From assembly GCA_964016885.1 (NCBI GenBank), contig OZ024742.1:346394001-346458000 (forward strand): 64,000 nucleotides of DNA. The letters run 5' to 3'. The stretch comes from Eledone cirrhosa (lineage: Eukaryota). The notes under the pieces are model-generated. The model worked only from the letters and a program-made list of their open reading frames with translations, did no database searches and was not told the origin of the DNA. A program made the position numbers and the translations under genes. Within the stretch, counting starts at the first letter, position 1. Every line of letters begins with the position of its first letter. This document shows positions 53,228 to 64,000 of this stretch, piece after piece.

Positions 53228-53410
53228 TTTGAATACGTTATGGAATTTAAAACTTCCAGCGTTCTTGGTCCCCGGACTATATCCCTACTCACTGCTATCA
53301 GAGCGGAGTTTGCTATACGCATGTGCAAGGTCCTCGAGGTGGAGTGGCAGTTCCATCGTGTCTCCCTCGCCGTCCTTCGAAGCAATGTCCTCTATCCTGT
53401 TGGCCAGGGC
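53228..53410 (+). mobile_element. CRE-clade LINE C-terminal coding fragment
   Basis: EFKTSSVLGPRT..LL..I...EVEWQFHRVSLAVLRSNV resembles the CRE motif ETxGxxG...FQRxSxAxQRGNA. Confidence 0.6.
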
Positions 53411-53414
53411 CCCA

Positions 53415-56400
53415 GAGGTGGATGGTAGGTTAGTTGGATATGGAGGGTAAGCTAGTTGGAGGTGGATGGTAAGTTAGTTGGAAGTGGAGGGTAAGCTAGT
53501 TGGAGGTGGAGGGTAAGTTAGTTGGAGGTGGAGAGTAAGTTAGTTGGAAGTGGAGGGTAAGCTAGTTGGAGGGTAATTTAGTTGGAGGTGGAGGGTAAGC
53601 TAGTTGGAGGTGGAGGGTAAGTTAGTTGGAGGTGGATGGTAAGTTAGTTGGAGGTGGAGGGTAAGCTAGTTTGAGGTGGAGGGTAAGTTAGTTGGAGGTG
53701 GAGGGTAAGTTAGTTGGAGGTGGAGGGTAATTTAGTTGGAGGTGGAGGGTAAGTTAGTTGGAGGTGGAGGGTAAGTTAGTTGGAAGTGGAGGGTAAGCTA
53801 GTTGGAGGTGGAGGGTAATTTAGTTGGAAGTGGAGGGTAAGTTAGTTGGAGGTGGAGGGTAAGTTAGTTGGTGATGGAGGGTAAGTTAGTTGGAGGTGGA
53901 GGGTAAATTAGTTGGGGTGGAGGATAGGTTAGTTGGAATTGGAGGGTAAGTTAGTTGGGGGTGGAGGGTAAGCTAGTTGGAGGTGGAGGGAAAGTTAGTT
54001 GGAGGTGGAGGGTAAGTTAGTTGGAGGGAGAGGGTAAGCTAGTTGGAGGTGGAGGGTAAGCTAGTTGGAGGTGGAGGGTAAGTTAGTTGGAGGTGGAGGG
54101 TAAGCTAGTTGGAGATGGATGGTAACTTAGTTGGAGTAGGGGGTAAGCTAGTTGGAAGTGGGGGTTAAGTTAGTTGGAGGTGGGGGGTAAGTTAGTTGGA
54201 GGTGGAGGGTAAGAAAGTTGGAGGTGGAGGGTAAGCTAGTTGGATATGGAGGGTAAGCTAGTTGGAGGTGGAGGGTAAGCTAGTTGGAGATGGAGGGTAA
54301 GCTAGTTGGATATGGAGGGTAAGCTAGTTGGAGGTGGAGGGTAAGCTAGTTGGAGGTGGAGGGTAAGCTAGTTGGAGGTGGAGGGTAAGTTAGTTGGAAG
54401 TTGAGGGTAAGCTAGTTGGAAGTGGAGGGTAAGCTAGTTGGAGGTGGAGGGTAAGCTAGTTGGAGGTGGAGGGTAAGCTAGTTGGAGGTGGAGGGTAAGC
54501 TAGTTGGAGGTGGGGGGTAAGCTAGTTGGAGGTGGAGGGTAAGTTAGTTGGAAGTTGAGGGTAAGCTAGTTGGAAGTGGAGGGTAAGCTAGTTGGAGGTG
54601 GAGGGTAAGCTAGTTGGAGGTGGAGGGTAAGTTAGTTGGAGGTGCAGGGTAAGCTAGTTGGAGGTGGAGGGTAAGCTAGTTGGAAGTTGAGGGTAAGTTA
54701 GTTGGAAGTGGAGGGTAAGCTAGTTGGAAGTGGAGGGTAAGCTAGTTGGAAGTTGAGGGTTAGTTAGTGGGAAGTGGAGGGTAAGTTAGTTGGAAGTGGA
54801 GGGTAAGTTAGTTGGAGGTGGAGGGTAAGTTAGTTGGTGATGGAGGGTAAGTTAGTTGGAGGTGGAGGGTAAATTAGTTGGGGTGGAGGATAGGTTAGTT
54901 GGAATTGGAGGGTAAGTTAGTTGGGGGTGGAGGTTAAGCTAGTTGGAGGTGGAGGGTAAGTTAGTTGGAGGTGGAGGGTAAGCTAGTTGGAGGGAGAGGG
55001 TAAGCTAGTTGGAGGTGGAGGGTAAGCTAGTTGGAGATGGATGGTAACTTAGTTGGAGCTAGAGGGTAAGCTAGTTGGAAGTGGGGGTTAAGTTAGTTGG
55101 AGGTGGAGGGTAAGTTAGTTGGAGGTGGAGGGTAAGAAAGTTGGAGGTGGAGGGTAAGCTAGTTGGATATGGAGGGTAAGCTAGTTGGAGGTGGAGGGTA
55201 AGCTAGTTGGAGATGGAGGGTAAGCTAGTTGGATATGGAGGGTAAGCTAGTTGGAGGTGGAGGGTAAGCTAGTTGGAGGTGGGGGGTAAGCTAGTTGGAG
55301 GTGGAGGGTAAGTTAGTTGGAAGTTGAGGGTAAGCTAGTTGGAAGTGGAGGGTAAGCTAGTTGGAGGTGGAGGGTAAGCTAGTTGGAGGTGGAGGGTAAG
55401 TTAGTTGGGGGTGGAGGGTAAGCTAGTTGGAGGTGGAGGGTAAGCTAGTTGGAAGTTGAGGGTAAGTTAGTTGGAAGTGGAGGGTAAGCTAGTTGGAGGT
55501 GGAGGGTAAGCTAGTTGGAGGTTGATGGTAAGTTAGTTGGAAGTGGAGGGTAAGCTAGTTGGAGGTGGAGGGTAGGTTAGTTGGAGGTGGAGGGTAAGTT
55601 AGTTGGATGGAGGGTAAGTTAGTTGGAGATGGAGGGTAAGTTAGTTGGAAGTGGAGGGTAGGTTAGTTGGAGTTGGAGGGTAAGCTAGTTGGAGGTGGAG
55701 GGTAAGTTAGTTGGAAGAGGAGGGTAAGTTAGTTGGAGGTAGAGGATAGGTTAGTTGGAGATGAAGGGTATGTTAATTGGAGGTGGAGGGTAAGCTAGTT
55801 GGAGGTGGAGGGTAAGTTAGTTGGAAGTGGAGGGTAAGCTAGTTGGAGGTTGAGGGTAAGTTAGTTAGGGTGGAGGATAGGTTAGTTGGAGGTTGAGGGT
55901 AAGTTAGCTGGGGTGGAAGATAGGTTAGTTGGAGGTGGAGGGTAAGCTAATTGGAGGTGGAGGGTAAGTTAGTTGGAGGTGCAGGGTAAGTTAGTTGGAA
56001 GTGGAGGGTAAGCTAGTTGGAGGTGGAGGGTAAGCTAGATGGATGTGCAGGGTAAGTTAGTTGGATGTGGAAGGTAGGTTAGTTGGAGGTGGAGGGTAAG
56101 TTGGTTGGAGGTGGAGGGTAAGCTAGTTGGAGGTGGAGGGTAAGTTAGTTGGAGGTGGAGGGTAAATTAGTTGGGGTGGAGGATAGGTTAGTTGGAGGTG
56201 GATGGTAAGTTAGTTGGGGGTGGAGGGTAAGCTAGTTGGAGGTGGAGGGTAAGCTAGTTGGAGGGGGAGGGTAAACTAGTTGGAATAGGAGGGTAATTTA
56301 GTTGGAGGTGGAGTGTAAGTTAGTTGGAGAAGGAGGGTAAATTAGTTGGAGGTGGAGGATAGGTTAGTTGGGGGTGGAGGGTAAGTTAGTTGGGAGTGAG

Positions 56401-59400
56401 GATAAGTTAGTTGGAGGTGGAGGGTAAGTTAGTTGGAAGTGGATGGTAAGCTAGTTGGAGATGGACGGTAAGTTAGTTGGAGGTGGAGGGTAAGATAGTT
56501 GGAAGTGGAGGGCAAGCTAGTTGGAGGGTAAGCTAGTTGGAGTAGGAGGGTAAGTTAGTTGGAGGTGGAGGGTAAGTTAGATGGAGGTGGAGGGTAGGTT
56601 AGTTGGAGGTGAAGGTAAGTTAGTTGGAGGTGGAGGGTAAACTAGTTGGAGGTGGAGGGTAAGTTAGTTGGAAGTGGAGGGTAAGCTAGTTGGAGGTTGA
56701 GGGTAAGTTAGTTGGGGTGGAGGATAGGTTAGTTGGAGCTTGAGGGTAAGTTAGTTGGGGTGGAGGATAGGTTAGTTCGAGGTGGAGGGTAAGTTAGTTG
56801 GAGATGAAGGGTAAGTTAGTTGGAGGTGGAGGGTAGGTTAGTTGGAGGTGGAGGGTAGGTTAGTTGGAGGTGGAGGGTAAGCTAGTTGGAGGTGGAGGGT
56901 AAGTTAGTTGGAGATGTATGGTAAGTTAGTTTGAGGTGGAGGGTAAGCTATTTGGAGGTGGAGGGTAAGTTAGTTGGAGGTGGAGGGTAAGTTAGTTGGA
57001 GGTGGAGGGTAGGTTAGTTGGAGGTGGAGGGTAAGTTAGTTGGAGTGGAGGGTGAGCTAGTTGGAAGTGGAGGGTAAGTTAGTTGGAGGTGGAGGGTAAA
57101 TTAGTTGGGGTGGAGGATAGGTTAGTTGGAGGTGGAGGGTAAGTTAGTTGGGGGTGGAGGGTAAGCTAGTTGGAGGTGGAGGGTAAGTTAGTTAGAGGTG
57201 GAGGGTAAGTTAGTTGGAGGGGGACGGTAGGCTATTTGTAGGTGGAGCGTAAGCTAGTTGGAGGTGGAGGGTAAGCTTGTTGGAGGTTGAGGGTAAGTTA
57301 GTTGGAAGTGGAGGGTAAGCTAGTTGGAAGTTGAGGGTAAGTTAGTTGGAAGTGGAGGGTAAGTTAGTTGGAGGTTGAAGGTAAGTTAGTTGTAAGTGGA
57401 GGGTAAGCTAGTTGGAGTGGGAGGGTAAACTAGTTGGAGGTAGGGGGTAAGTTAGTTGGACGTGGAGGGTAAGCTAGTTGGAGATGGAGGGTAAGTTAGT
57501 TGAAGATGGAGGGTAAGCTAGTTGGAGATGGAGGGTAAGTTTGTTGGAGGTGGAGTGTAAGCTAGTTGGAGTAGGAGGGTAAGTTAGTTGGAGGTGGAGG
57601 GTAAGTTTGTTGGAGGTGGAATGGTAGGTTAGTTTGAGGTGGAGGTTGATTTAGTTGGAGGTGGAGGGTAAGCTAGTTGGAGGTTGAGGGTAAACTAGTT
57701 GGAGGTGGAGGGTAAGTTAGTTGGATGGAGGGTAAGTGAGTTGGATATGGAGGGTAAGTTAGTTGGACGTGGAGGGTAGGTTAGTTGGAAGTGGAGGGTA
57801 AGCTAGTTGGAGGAGGAGGGTAAGCTAGTTGGAAGTGGAGGGTAAGTTAGTTGGAGGTGGAGGGTAGGTTAGTTGGAGGTGGAGGGTATGTTAGTTGGAG
57901 GTGGAGGGTAAGCTAGTTGGAGGTGGAGGGTAAGTAAGTTGGAAGTGGAGGGTAAATTAGTTGGGGTGGAGGATAGTTTAGTTGGAGGTGGAGGGTAAGT
58001 TAGTTGGGGGTGGAGGGTAAGCTAGTTGGAGGTGGAGGGTAAGTTAGTTAGAGGTGGAGGGTAAGTTAGTTGGAGGGCGACGGTAGGCTATTTGGAGGTG
58101 GAGGGTAAGCTAGTTGGAGGTGGAGGGTAAGCTTGTTGGATGTTGAGGGTAAGTTAGTTGGAAGTGGAGGGTAAGCTAGTTGGAGGTGGAGGGTAAATTA
58201 GTTGGGGTGGAGGATAGGTTAGTTGGAGGTGGTGGGTAAGTTAGTTGGGAGCGAGGATAAGTTAGTTGGAAATGGCGGGTAAGCTAGTTGGAGGTGGTGG
58301 GTAAGTTAGTTGGAAGTGGATGGTAAGCTAGTTGGAGGTGGAGGGTAGCTAGTTGGAGATGGACGGTAAGTTAGTTGGAGGTGGAGGGTACGTTAGTTGG
58401 AAGTGGAGGGCAAGCTAGTTGGAGGGTAAGCTAGTTGGAGTAGGAGGGTAAGTTAGTTGGAGGTGGAGGGTAAGTTAGTTGGAGGTGGAGGGTAGGTTAG
58501 TTGGAGGTGAAGGGTAAGTTAGTTGGAGGTGGGGGGTAAACTAGTTGGAGGTGGAGGGTAAGTTAGTTGGAAGTGGAGGGTAAGCTAGTTGGAGGTTGAG
58601 GGTAAGTTAGTTGGGGTGGAGGATAGGTTAGTTCGAGGTGGAGGGTAAGTTAGTTGGAGATGGAGGGTAAGTTAGTTGGAGGTGGAGGGTAGATTAGTTG
58701 GAGGTGGAGGGTAGGTTAGTTGGAGGTGGAGGGTAAGCTAGTTGGAGGTGGAGGGTAAGTTGATTGGAGGTGTATGGTAAGTTAGTTTGAGGTGGAGGGT
58801 AAGCTATTTGGAGGTGGAGGGTAAGTTAGTTGGAGGTGGAGGGCAAGTTAGTTGGAGGTGGAGGGTAGGTTAGTTGGAGGTGGAGGTTAAGTTAGTTGGA
58901 GGGGAGGGTGAGCTAGTTGGAAGTGGAGGGTAAGTTAGTTGGAGGTGGAGGGTAAGTTAGTTGGAGGTTGAGGGTAAGTTAGTTGGAGGTTGAGGGTAAG
59001 TTAGTTGGAAGTGGAGTGTAAGCTAGTTGGAACTGGAGGGTAAGCTAGTTGGAGGTTGATGGTAAGTTAGTTCGAGGTGGAGGGTGAGTTAGTTGCAGGT
59101 GGAGGGTAAGCTAGTTGGAGGTCCAGAGTAAGTTAGTTGGAAGTGGAGGGTAAGCTAGTTGGAGGTGTAGGGTAAGCTAGTTGGAGGTTGATGGTAAGTT
59201 AGTTGGAAGTGGAGGGTAAGCTAGTTGGAGGTGGAGGGTAGGTTAGTTGGAGGTGGAGGGTAAGTTAGTTGGATGGAGGGTAAGTTAGTTGGAGATGGAG
59301 GGTAAGTTAGTTGGAAGTGGAGGGTAGGTTAGTTGGAGTGGGAGGGTAAGCTAGTTGGAGGTGGAGGGTAAGTTAGTTGGAAGAGGAGGGTAAGTTAGTT

Positions 59401-62400
59401 GGAGGTAGAGGATAGGTTAGTTGGAGATGGAGGGTATGTTAATTGGAGGTGGAGGGTAAGCTAGTTGGAGGTGGAGGGTAAGTTAGTTGGAAGTGGAGGG
59501 TAAGCTAGTTGGAGGTTGAGGGTAAGTTAGTTAGGGTGGAGGATAGGTTAGTTGGAGGTTGAGGGTAAGTTAGCTGGGGTGGAAGATAGGTTAGTTGGAG
59601 GTGGAGGGTAAGCTAGTTGGAGGTGGAGGGTAAGTTAGTTGGAGGTGCAGGGTAAGTTAGTTTGAAGTGGAGGGTAAGCTAGTTGGAGGTGGAGGGTAAG
59701 CTAGATGGATGTGCAGGGTAAGTTAGTTGGATGTGGAAGGTAGGTTAGTTGGAGGTGGAGGGTAAGTTGGTTGGAGGTGGAGGGTAAGCTAGTTGGAGGT
59801 GGAGGGTAAGTTAGTTGGAGGTGGAGGGTAAATTAGTTGGGGTGGAGAATAGGTTATTTGGAGGTGGATGGTAAGTTAGTTGGGGGTGGAGGGTAAGCTA
59901 GTTGGAGGTGGAGGGTAAGCTAGTTGGAGAGGGAGGGTAAGCTAGTTGGAATAGGAGGGTAAGTTAGTTGGAAGTGGATGGTAAGCTAGTTGGAGATGGA
60001 CGGTAAGTTAGTTGGAGGTGGAGGGTAAGATAGTTGGAAGTGGAGGGCAAGCTAGTTGGAGGGTAAGCTAGTTGGAGTAGGAGGGTAAGTTAGTTGGAGG
60101 TGGAGGGTAAGTTAGATGGAGGTGGAGGGTAGGTTAGTTGGAGGTGAAGGTAAGTTAGTTGGAGGTGGAGGGTAAACTAGTTGGAGGTGGAGGGTAAGTT
60201 AGTTGGAAGTGGAGGGTAAGCTAGTTGGAGGTTGAGGGTAAGTTAGTTGGGGTGGAGGATAGGTTAGTTGGAGCTTGAGGGTAAGTTAGTTGGGGTGGAG
60301 GATAGGTTAGTTCGAGGTGGAGGGTAAGTTAGTTGGAGATGAAGGGTAAGTTAGTTGGAGGTGGAGGGTAGGTTAGTTGGAGGTGGAGGGTAGGTTAGTT
60401 GGAGGTGGAGGGTAAGCTAGTTGGAGGTGGAGGGTAAGTTAGTTGGAGGTGTATGGTAAGTTAGTTTGAGGTGGAGGGTAAGCTATTTGGAGGTGGAGGG
60501 TAAGTTAGTTGGAAGTGGAGGGTAAGCTAGTTGGAGGTTGAGGGTAAGTTAGTTGGGGTGGAGGATAGGTTAGTTCGAGGTGGAGGGTAAGTTAGTTGGA
60601 GATGGAGGGTAAGTTAGTTGGAGGTGGAGGGTAGCTAGTTGGAGATGGACGGTAAGTTAGTTGGAGGTGGAGGGTACGTTAGTTGGAAGTGGAGGGCAAG
60701 CTAGTTGGAGGGTAAGCTAGTTGGAGTAGGAGGGTAAGTTAGTTGGAGGTGGAGGGTAAGTTAGTTGGAGGTGGAGGGTAGGTTAGTTGGAGGTGAAGGG
60801 TAAGTTAGTTGGAGGTGGGGGGTAAACTAGTTGGAGGTGGAGGGTAAGTTAGTTGGAAGTGGAGGGTAAGCTAGTTGGAGGTTGAGGGTAAGTTAGTTGG
60901 GGTGGAGGATAGGTTAGTTCGAGGTGGAGGGTAAGTTAGTTGGAGATGGAGGGTAAGTTAGTTGGAGGTGGAGGGTAGATTAGTTGGAGGTGGAGGGTAG
61001 GTTAGTTGGAGGTGGAGGGTAAGCTAGTTGGAGGTGGAGGGTAAGTTGATTGGAGGTGTATGGTAAGTTAGTTTGAGGTGGAGGGTAAGCTATTTGGAGG
61101 TGGAGGGTAAGTTAGTTGGAGGTGGAGGGCAAGTTAGTTGGAGGTGGAGGGTAGGTTAGTTGGAGGTGGAGGTTAAGTTAGTTGGAGGGGAGGGTGAGCT
61201 AGTTGGAAGTGGAGGGTAAGTTAGTTGGAGGTGGAGGGTAAGTTAGTTGGAGGTTGAGGGTAAGTTAGTTGGAGGTTGAGGGTAAGTTAGTTGGAAGTGG
61301 AGTGTAAGCTAGTTGGAACTGGAGGGTAAGCTAGTTGGAGGTTGATGGTAAGTTAGTTCGAGGTGGAGGGTGAGTTAGTTGCAGGTGGAGGGTAAGCTAG
61401 TTGGAGGTCCAGAGTAAGTTAGTTGGAAGTGGAGGGTAAGCTAGTTGGAGGTGTAGGGTAAGCTAGTTGGAGGTTGATGGTAAGTTAGTTGGAAGTGGAG
61501 GGTAAGCTAGTTGGAGGTGGAGGGTAGGTTAGTTGGAGGTGGAGGGTAAGTTAGTTGGATGGAGGGTAAGTTAGTTGGAGATGGAGGGTAAGTTAGTTGG
61601 AAGTGGAGGGTAGGTTAGTTGGAGTGGGAGGGTAAGCTAGTTGGAGGTGGAGGGTAAGTTAGTTGGAAGAGGAGGGTAAGTTAGTTGGAGGTAGAGGATA
61701 GGTTAGTTGGAGATGGAGGGTATGTTAATTGGAGGTGGAGGGTAAGCTAGTTGGAGGTGGAGGGTAAGTTAGTTGGAAGTGGAGGGTAAGCTAGTTGGAG
61801 GTTGAGGGTAAGTTAGTTAGGGTGGAGGATAGGTTAGTTGGAGGTTGAGGGTAAGTTAGCTGGGGTGGAAGATAGGTTAGTTGGAGGTGGAGGGTAAGCT
61901 AGTTGGAGGTGGAGGGTAAGTTAGTTGGAGGTGCAGGGTAAGTTAGTTTGAAGTGGAGGGTAAGCTAGTTGGAGGTGGAGGGTAAGCTAGATGGATGTGC
62001 AGGGTAAGTTAGTTGGATGTGGAAGGTAGGTTAGTTGGAGGTGGAGGGTAAGTTGGTTGGAGGTGGAGGGTAAGCTAGTTGGAGGTGGAGGGTAAGTTAG
62101 TTGGAGGTGGAGGGTAAATTAGTTGGGGTGGAGAATAGGTTATTTGGAGGTGGATGGTAAGTTAGTTGGGGGTGGAGGGTAAGCTAGTTGGAGGTGGAGG
62201 GTAAGCTAGTTGGAGAGGGAGGGTAAGCTAGTTGGAATAGGAGGGTAAGTTAGTTGGAAGTGGATGGTAAGCTAGTTGGAGATGGACGGTAAGTTAGTTG
62301 GAGGTGGAGGGTAAGATAGTTGGAAGTGGAGGGCAAGCTAGTTGGAGGGTAAGCTAGTTGGAGTAGGAGGGTAAGTTAGTTGGAGGTGGAGGGTAAGTTA

Positions 62401-64000
62401 GATGGAGGTGGAGGGTAGGTTAGTTGGAGGTGAAGGTAAGTTAGTTGGAGGTGGAGGGTAAACTAGTTGGAGGTGGAGGGTAAGTTAGTTGGAAGTGGAG
62501 GGTAAGCTAGTTGGAGGTTGAGGGTAAGTTAGTTGGGGTGGAGGATAGGTTAGTTGGAGCTTGAGGGTAAGTTAGTTGGGGTGGAGGATAGGTTAGTTCG
62601 AGGTGGAGGGTAAGTTAGTTGGAGATGAAGGGTAAGTTAGTTGGAGGTGGAGGGTAGGTTAGTTGGAGGTGGAGGGTAGGTTAGTTGGAGGTGGAGGGTA
62701 AGCTAGTTGGAGGTGGAGGGTAAGTTAGTTGGAGGTGTATGGTAAGTTAGTTTGAGGTGGAGGGTAAGCTATTTGGAGGTGGAGGGTAAGTTAGTTGGAG
62801 GTGGAGGGTAGGTTAGTTGGAGGTGGAGGGTAAGTTAGTTGGAGGGGAGGGTGAGCTAGTTGGAAGTGGAGGGTAAGTTAGTTGGAGGTGGAGGGTAAAT
62901 TAGTTGGGGTGGAGGATAGGTTAGTTGGAGGTGGAGGGTAACTTAGTTGGGGGTGGAGGGTAAGCTAGTTGGAGGTGGAGGGTAAGTTAGTTAGAGGTGG
63001 AGGGTAAGTTAGTTGGAGGGGGACGGTAGGCTATTTGTAGGTGGAGGGTAAGCTAGTTGGAGGTGGAGGGTAAGCTTGTTGGAGGTTGAGGGTAAGTTAG
63101 TTGGAAGTGGAGGGTAAGCTAGTTGGAAGTTGAGGGTAAGTTAGTTGGAAGTGGAGGGTAAGTTAGTTGGAGGTTGAAGGTAAGTTAGTTGTAAGTGGAG
63201 GGTAAGCTAGTTGGAGTGGGAGGGTAAACTAGTTGGAGGTAGGGGGTAAGTTAGTTGGACGTGGAGGGTAAGCTAGTTGGAGATGGAGGGTAAGTTAGTT
63301 GAAGATGGAGGGTAAGCTAGTTGGAGATGGAGGGTAAGTTTGTTGGATGTGGAGGGTAAGCTAGTTGGAGTAGGAGGGTAAGTTAGTTGGAGGTGGAGGG
63401 TAAGTTTGTTGGAGGTGGAATGGTAGGTTAGTTTGAGGTGGAGGTTAATTTAGTTGGAGGTGGAGGGTAAGCTAGTTGGAGGTTGAGGGTAAACTAGTTG
63501 GAGGTGGAGGGTAAGTTAGTTGGATGGAGGGTAAGTGAGTTGGATATGGAGGGTAAGTTAGTTGGACGTGGAGGGTAGATTAGTTGGAAGTGGAGGGTAA
63601 GCTAGTTGGAGGAGGAGGGTAAGCTAGTTGGAAGTGGAGGGTAAGTTAGTTGGAGGTGGAGGGTAGGTTAGTTGGAGGTGGAGGGTATGTTAGTTGGAGG
63701 TGGAGGGTAAGCTAGTTGGAGGTGGAGGGTAAGTAAGTTGGAAGTGGAGGGTAAATTAGTTGGGGTGGAGGATAGTTTAGTTGGAGGTGGAGGGTAAGTT
63801 AGTTGGGGGTGGAGGGTAAGCTAGTTGGAGGTGGAGGGTAAGTTAGTTAGAGGTGGAGGGTAAGTTAGTTGGAGGGCGACGGTAGGCTATTTGGAGGTGG
63901 AGGGTAAGCTAGTTGGAGGTGGAGGGTAAACTTGTTGGAGGTTGAGGGTAAGTTAGTTGGAAGTGGAGGGTAAGCTAGTTGGAGGTGGAGGGTAAATTAG
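53415..64000 (+). repeat. 22-bp G-rich satellite (GGAGGTGGAGGGTAAGYTAGTT)n, >10.5 kb, continuing past the window end
   Basis: Direct inspection; variant monomers recur in kb-scale blocks. Confidence 0.97.

Overview
Repeat-saturated, microsatellite-rich animal genomic DNA, probably octopus/cephalopod (inferred from OR1/OR2-like tRNA-SINEs and abundant (TA)n). No intact host gene is recognisable. The window holds decayed retroelements: three Naiad-type Penelope-like elements (PLEs), an R4-clade LINE, CRE and RTE fragments, and a non-autonomous tRNA-Trp-primed LTR element. It also holds a Chapaev3-like transposase, a symmetric cluster of four Helitrons, many SINEs and a >10 kb 22-bp G-rich satellite with higher-order periodicity. 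The main observation is a dense set of sequence-unrelated, mostly non-coding elements sitting in (TA)n tracts. They combine a type I hammerhead ribozyme (HHR) motif with tandem and/or inverted duplication, i.e. retrozyme-like PLE passengers. One has a tandem unit with HHRs 418 nt apart, and several carry a recurrent CCGANGA (U4C) core variant. All assignments were made by eye, without database searches or folding software.
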